Source of the DNA: an uncultured Planctomycetaceae bacterium
GTDB taxonomy: Bacteria; Planctomycetota; Planctomycetia; Pirellulales; PALSA-1355
Direction: 5' to 3'
Length of the DNA stretch: 64,000 bases
NCBI GenBank assembly: GCA_963785305.1
Contig: CAWAUV010000007.1
Coordinates: 384,001-448,000, forward strand
Under the pieces are notes generated by a model. The model saw nothing but the letters and a program-made list of their open reading frames with translations, made no database searches and was not told the origin of the DNA. Made by a program: the position numbers and the translations under genes. Of this stretch, positions 57,058-64,000 are shown in pieces (position 1 is the first letter of the stretch; each line of letters starts with the position of its first letter).

Positions 57058-57859
57058 TTACGCCCGGCGCTCGGCGGTGATGAGCACTTGGCGAAACTCT
57101 TCTTGCAGGTCCCGCTGGCCGCCCACGATCGGGTGTGGGCGGCGCAAGTCGAAGGGCCGTCCCTCGATATCGGTCACTGTTCCGCCGGCTTCTTCCACGA
57201 GCAGCACCCCGGCGGCCACGTCCCAGGCTTTTGTCGTGAGGGCCCAAAAAGCATCGAACCGTCCCGAGGCGACATAGGCCAAATTCAAGGCTGCCGAGCC
57301 GGTGCGGCGAATCGATTGAGCCTTGTGGATCATCGCCACGAACTGATCGATTTCGCATGAATCGCGAGCAACTTGGGCCGAAAAGCTCGCCGCCACCAGG
57401 GCGTCGGAAAGCCGATGCACCGGGCTGGTCGCGATTCTTCGGCCATTGAGCCAGGCGCCCTGGCCTTTGGCGGCGGTAAAACATTCCTCGGAATTGGGGT
57501 CGTAGATGACCCCCGCCATCGGGCGGCCCCGCGACACGCAGCGCCACCGACACGCAGTAATGAGGCATGCCGTGTACATAGTTCGTCGTGCCATCGAGCG
57601 GATCGACGATCCAGCAGTATTCGCGCTCGACATCGACCGGGGCCGGGTCCTCTTCGCCGATAAACGCATGGTCGGGAAAGCGATTGAGCACTTCGGCCCG
57701 AACGGCGGCCTGCGCCGCGAGATCGGCTTCGGTCACGAGATCGGCGGGGCCTTTTTCGCGCACCGCGAAACGTCCGCGCCAGTCGCGGAGCACTCCGCCA
57801 GCGGCGCGGGCAGCGATTTCGGCGGCTTCGACAAACGGGTTGAGCGCGGCTTCGGCCAT
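57058..57859 (-). CDS. suhB: Inositol monophosphatase family (SuhB-like; frameshift near 57535)
   Basis: 'DLVTEAD', 'WIVDPLDGTTNY', 'RRTGSAALNL' and 'WDVAAG'. Confidence 0.88.
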
Positions 57860-58042
57860 GGGAGCGACCTTGGTTGTTTTTGACAGCGGTTTTGGCCCAC
57901 TGCCGCGAGCATCGCCGCGCCGGCTTGGGCGAGGTTTTCGGGTCTAGGTTTTCGTATTATAGAAGCCCGAACCGCGACGTAACCCCCAGATGGCCAGCCG
58001 GGATTGAAAATCGGACGAACTAAAAAAATTTTGCTCAACCTC

Positions 58043-58070
58043 TGGACATTGAAAACCGTTCTGGTAATAT
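58043..58070 (+). promoter_or_regulatory. Candidate sigma70 promoter
   Basis: TGGACA-N16-TAATAT preceded by an A/T tract. Confidence 0.45.
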
Positions 58071-58166
58071 CACGGGTGAAGACCGCTGCAATCCCGAGTC
58101 GTGCTCATTTTCGGATTCATACCCTTTTATTATTCCGTCGGGTTTACGGCCTCTTCTCTGTTCCGG

Positions 58167-58205
58167 CCCCGCCGTATCGCGTCAAGCGGTCGGCGGGGTT
58201 TTTTT
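58167..58205 (+). terminator. Intrinsic terminator
   Basis: Stem CCCCGCCG/CGGCGGGG with an inner stem, followed by T7. Confidence 0.8.
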
Positions 58206-58296
58206 GTTGGTTCTGTTTATTGACTGAGTTGTTGTATCGGGGGGCTTCTTTCAGGGAGGCTCGCTCTCGGCCCGCGCGGCGCGTGGTTTTTCGGCA

Positions 58297-59086
58297 ATGG
58301 CAACTGGGTTTTGGAATCTGCAATCCCTTCGGGCGACACTTGCCTGCGGTGCGCTTGAAGCCACGCTCGATCCTCGCTTTCCGGCCCGGGGACTTCATCA
58401 ATTATGGGTGCTCGGCCGACCGGTCGACGGCGCTTCGCTTCTGGGAGTCGAGTTGCCGGACGATGTCACGGGTCCCGACGCCGCGGTCGATGTGCATGTT
58501 CGCTCGGCCGATCTCGTGGCGAGCTATGCCCCTAGTCGGGGTTGGCCTTATGGGGCCCAGATCTATTGGCGGGTGTGGATCCCCGAGCAAGCGGCGGTGC
58601 TGGCGGCAGTCGAGCTGATTGTCTCGGTGCAAACGAACCTGCTCGATAGCCATCCAAGGCTCATGGCCCGTAGCTGGCTTCCCGAATGCGATGTGCTGCG
58701 GCTCTCGCAAGTGGAGCGTGGCGCGTTTGTCGCCGTTTCGCCGACGCCGTGGATCGCCGCGAACGACGGTTCGACTGGCGCGTTCGGACCCGAGCGTTGC
58801 CCCCAGCATTCTGGCCTCGGCCGCGCTGATGCTTCGCCCGCGCGACGAAGCGTGGACCTATGGTGAGTTTGCCCATCCGAGCGGGCCGGCGGAGACGGAA
58901 ATCTGCTCGGCGCCGGCGCCGGCGGCTATTTCGATCGGGTATCGGCTCTTTGCCGAGCGGCTGGAAAAAGGCGTGATTCTGCGAGCCCGCGTGCTGGGCG
59001 GCATTGTCGAGCGCGGGCAAGAGCGGTTGCAACTCGCGGCCCTATATCGTGAGTTCGCCGCCAGTGAACCGCCGCTCACGGTGTAG
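58297..59086 (+). CDS. Hypothetical protein (frameshifted)
   Basis: ORFs 58297-58866 and 58619-59086 join; 'VSVQTNLLDSHP' and 'LEKGVILRAR'. Confidence 0.6.
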
Positions 59087-59179
59087 CTCCGCGGGGCTTC
59101 CTTGCATCACTTGCGACGGCCGCGCGGTTTTCGCTTTTCCCTAGAAACCCTGGAACTCAACTCGTCGAAAGAGAATTCC

Positions 59180-60465
<1,286 letters not shown>

Positions 60466-60514
60466 CCGTGCGCGCGAGCACGCTCCGTGGGCACACGTGG
60501 CATTCAAAAGCGAG

Positions 60515-60553
60515 CGGCTCGGCCAATTCGTAAATCGAATCGGCCGAGCCGCG
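60515..60553. terminator. Hairpin between convergent genes
   Basis: GCGGCTCGGCC ... GGCCGAGCCGC inverted repeat; no clear U-tract. Confidence 0.55.
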
Positions 60554-60655
60554 ACGTTTGACGATGATTACTTCGACGAGATCACTGGCCGAGGTTGACC
60601 ATTTCGTCGATCGGTCCGCTCGAGCGGCCCGTTGATATTTCAGCAGGCCGCGAGC

Positions 60656-62158
60656 CTACTTGGCGGCCAGGGCGGGAGCTTTCTTTTCGGTTCCCGTGCA
60701 GCCTGGAACCGGGGTCGTGCAAGACGGAGCCATCGGGGCCACGGCTCGCCGCTCCCAGACCTTGATCTTCTGGGGAACCATGCGGCAGACCTGGACTTGA
60801 ACCTCTTTTTCGACGGTGTGCGGAACTTGCACGGTGTAGTTCTCGGTGTGGCTCTCCGGCACGTATTTCATCACGGTCACTTGCCGCGAGCGAGTCTCTT
60901 GCTTGGGCACGCAAACCACGTAGGGCACTTCGCGAGTTTGCTGCTCGGTGACGTATTTGCACACTTGCACCGCGCGGGTGCGAGTTTCCGGGCGGCAGAG
61001 CGTCACGGTATATGTGTAGGGCACATCGACAAACGTCGGCCGATTCACGCACACCGTGTAGGGCTTCGCCACGCACACCGTGTAAGGAACCTCGCGCGAC
61101 ACCGTTTCTTGCACCATGCGGGGCACATTCACCGTGCAGGTGCGCTGTTCTTGGCGGCAGAGCGTCACCGTGTAGGTATACGGCTCCTCGACCACCACCG
61201 GCTTGCAGACCGAAACCGTGACCTGCTCCTCGACGATGTTCGGCACCCAAACCTGTTGCGGACATGGCGCCGGAGCACAGGCGGCAGGCGCTCCGCAGCC
61301 CACGGGACCACCACAACCCATTGGCATGCCACAACCCGGCCCGGCATAGGGCCCGCAGCAGCGGCGGCGGAAGCAGCAGTTCATGATGCATGCCGGTCCA
61401 CCAAATGATGGACCCATCGGTCCCATGGCGCAGCCCGGCGGGGCACACGGGGCCGCGCAGGGCGGCGGGGCACATGGTTGCGGGGCACATGGTTGCGGGG
61501 CACATGGTTGCGGGGCAACCGTTTCGTAGTGCCCGCGATCGACGCGAATCGTTCGCGGTTCACTCACCTGGGTCCAATGGCACACGCGCCGAGTGGCTTG
61601 CCGCTGTTCTTGGTAAGGCACATTCACCGTGTAGGCGCGGGTTTGCGCTTCCATCACCACGCGGCAGACCGGAAAGGTTTCCGTCCGGGTGCGCGTCTCC
61701 GGAACCATCGCCATGCGAGTTTCCGTGGTCGGCGTCAGCTTGCACACGCGACGCGTGGCCTGTCGCTGCTCTTGATAGGGAACCGAAACCGTGTAGGTCT
61801 GATTCACGGTGCTCATCACCGGCTTGCAAACATTGTATGTTTCGGTGCGGGTGCGGCGCTCGGGAACCATCACGGTGAAGTTTTCCGAGATGGTCTGCAA
61901 TTCCGGCACGCAGCGATTCACCGTAAAGGTGCGCTGCCGCTGCTCGGAGCGGCATTCGACGACCGAAATCTTGCGTGTTTCCGTGACCATGGTCGGCCGC
62001 ATTACGGTCTTCTCAACCTGCTCGTAGGTGTAGCAGGGGGCACACGGCGCCGGCGCGGAGCAGCCTCCGCAAGGCCCTTGCGCGAGGGCGGGCCGAAAGA
62101 TTCCAAAGCCCAGGATCAACAGGGACAGCGCTAGGCCAATCACGCGACGCTTGCTCAT
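60656..62158 (-). CDS. YTV-repeat Cys/Pro/Val/Thr-rich secreted envelope protein
   Basis: Signal peptide; repeated 'YTV..P..E.R.....C' units; central PQPCA tandem repeats. Confidence 0.8.
   Translation of the reverse strand: MSKRRVIGLALSLLILGFGIFRPALAQGPCGGCSAPAPCAPCYTYEQVEKTVMRPTMVTETRKISVVECRSEQRQRTFTVNRCVPELQTISENFTVMVPERRTRTETYNVCKPVMSTVNQTYTVSVPYQEQRQATRRVCKLTPTTETRMAMVPETRTRTETFPVCRVVMEAQTRAYTVNVPYQEQRQATRRVCHWTQVSEPRTIRVDRGHYETVAPQPCAPQPCAPQPCAPPPCAAPCAPPGCAMGPMGPSFGGPACIMNCCFRRRCCGPYAGPGCGMPMGCGGPVGCGAPAACAPAPCPQQVWVPNIVEEQVTVSVCKPVVVEEPYTYTVTLCRQEQRTCTVNVPRMVQETVSREVPYTVCVAKPYTVCVNRPTFVDVPYTYTVTLCRPETRTRAVQVCKYVTEQQTREVPYVVCVPKQETRSRQVTVMKYVPESHTENYTVQVPHTVEKEVQVQVCRMVPQKIKVWERRAVAPMAPSCTTPVPGCTGTEKKAPALAAK
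61467..61516 (-). repeat. 15-bp tandem repeat x3 (PQPCA)
   Basis: GGGGCACATGGTTGC repeated three times exactly on the + strand. Confidence 0.85.
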
Positions 62159-62626
62159 GGAACACGCTCACTCTCGAAGATAAGACCGCGAAGCGCTCCC
62201 GCACGCGCGGAATCGAGGCGCCCGCCGAGGGCAAAGCCTCGCGCGGATCATCACGGCGCGGAGCAGTATAGCGCTACGGCCAGCGCGAGTCAAGCAGCGG
62301 AAAATTTTACGATGCTTGCCATGTGCTCACCATTTCCCCACATTCCAGGAATATCATCCACACACGACGTAAGCGACTTCACGACTCGCCCGATCCCGCG
62401 CGGCGCTTGGCGAGGTTCAAATAGGCCACGAGGGCATTTTTCAACAGGCTGCTAGGCGGAGGCGGGGCTTGCGAGCTGTTTCTTGAAGAACCGCATTTTC
62501 TTGACATTCCTCTGGCTTGTGCGCCGCCGTCCGGCGCCGCTTGTTCGTAATGGGAAGCATGTTTACGATTACGTTTCGTGATGCCGACGCCGCGAAGGCG
62601 CCTCAAACCGCAATGGCGAGCAAGCA

Positions 62627-64000
62627 ATGCGAAAACTCCTCGCGAACCGTGCCGTTCCGTGTCGATTCCTCACTGTTCTCGGAGGCCTGGCGATCGCGAT
62701 CGTCGCCACGGCCGCCCCGCGCGCCTGGCATGTTCCGGCGACCGATCGCGAAGTCGAAGCCGAGCTTGGGGAAATCACCGTTACCGAGATCGAGCTCACG
62801 ACGGCCGACGGGCAAACTCTCAAGATCGCGCGAGAAACTTGCCCCCGCCGACCGCGAATTCGTCGAAGGTCCTGGCCGCGTGCAACTCGGCGCCCAGCGA
62901 TACAACGCCGCCTGCGAAAAACTCAAGGCCAACGAACTTCCCGCGGCGCTCTCGCTTTTCGACCGCGCGCTCGCGCTGCGGCCCGAATTCGCCGAAGCGC
63001 TCGTCAATCGCGGATTGGCCCACGACCTCTCGGGCCACTACTCGCTGGCGATCGACGACTTCACCGCCGCGCTCAAGATCGACGATCACATGGCCTCGGC
63101 CTATGTGAATCGCGCCATCGCCCACCGCAACCACGACCATCGGCCCGAAGCGCTCGCCGATTTCACGGCGGCGCTCAAGCTCGACGAAAAAGACACCGAC
63201 GCGCTTCGCGGGCGAGCCGGGGTCGAATTCGAACTCGGCGACAGCCCGGCGGCGATCAAGGACCTTGACGCCGCGATCGCCGCCGAGCCCGAAAACGCCA
63301 CGAGCTTCAATTGCCGCGGCTACATCCGCGCCGTCGAGGGCGACGCCCGGGCCGCCATCGCCGATTACAACGAAGCGGTTCGCATCGCTCCCGACGACGC
63401 CACGATTCGCTTCAATCGCGGCAACACGTATGAAGACCTCGGCGAATATGAAAAAGCGATCGATGATCTCTCGCTCGCCATCAAGGCCGATCCCGACTTT
63501 ATCGACGCCCATGGAGTGCGTGGCGTGGCGTATTTTCATCGGGGCGATTATCCGGCCGCGATCGCCGACTTCGATAAGACCATTGCCCTCGATCCCGGCT
63601 TCGTGAGCGGCTGGTTCAATCGCGGCCGCGCGCGGCTGGCCGCTGGCGATCGCGAACAGGCGATCGCCGATTGGACCGAAACCTTGCGGCTCGCGCCCGA
63701 GCATGCCGAAGCGCGCATCAATCGCGGGCTCGCGTTGCTCGAGTCGGGCCGGCTCGAGCAGTCGCTGGAGGATTTGAACGCGGCGGTCGCCTTGCAGCCC
63801 GATCGCGCGGCGCCGCTGGCCCATCGCGGCGCTTGCCAAACCAAGCGCCACAATCACATCGCCGCGCTGGCCGACTTCGATCAAGCGCTCACGCTCGACC
63901 CGAAATTCGTGCCCGCGCTTGTGGGCCGCGGCGACACTCGCGCCGCGCTGCGTCAGTTCGAGTTGGCCCTGGCCGACTACACCGCGGCGCTCGAGGTCGA
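62627..64000 (+). CDS. TPR-repeat protein, 3'-truncated by window edge (frameshift near 62840)
   Basis: N-terminal hydrophobic anchor; many canonical TPRs (NRG.A......Y..AI.D...AL..DP) read from the + strand 62870-64000. Confidence 0.85.

Overview
High-GC bacterial chromosomal segment, most likely Planctomycetota (Pirellulales-like). This is inferred from a BBP7-type beta-barrel, a YTV-repeat Cys-rich protein, ExbB/prenyltransferase-repeat genes, PQQ-propeller and HEAT-repeat proteins. About 40 CDSs are visible, including argS, pckG, a divergent enolase, an inositol monophosphatase, a hydroxyproline epimerase, a uronate-isomerase-like gene and several glycosyltransferases. Many genes, including essential argS, are split by 1-2 nt indels, which I read as long-read sequencing error. 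CDS coordinates therefore span the reconstructed gene and starts are approximate. Features worth follow-up: (1) a two-gene ~10.6 kb locus that appears built from three homologous membrane-anchored beta-rich units, one starting at an internal signal-peptide-like segment; (2) an atypical tRNA-Ser(GGA) that can fold 8/4; (3) a kinase plus an active-site-substituted enolase; (4) three copies of a CTAG-bounded ~170 bp MITE with an internal REP doublet; (5) a lower-GC type II R-M island with a controller gene; (6) a long structured leader upstream of a PEP-CTERM gene and a candidate sRNA. No CRISPR array, rRNA or transposase was seen. All family calls come from motif recognition, not database searches.
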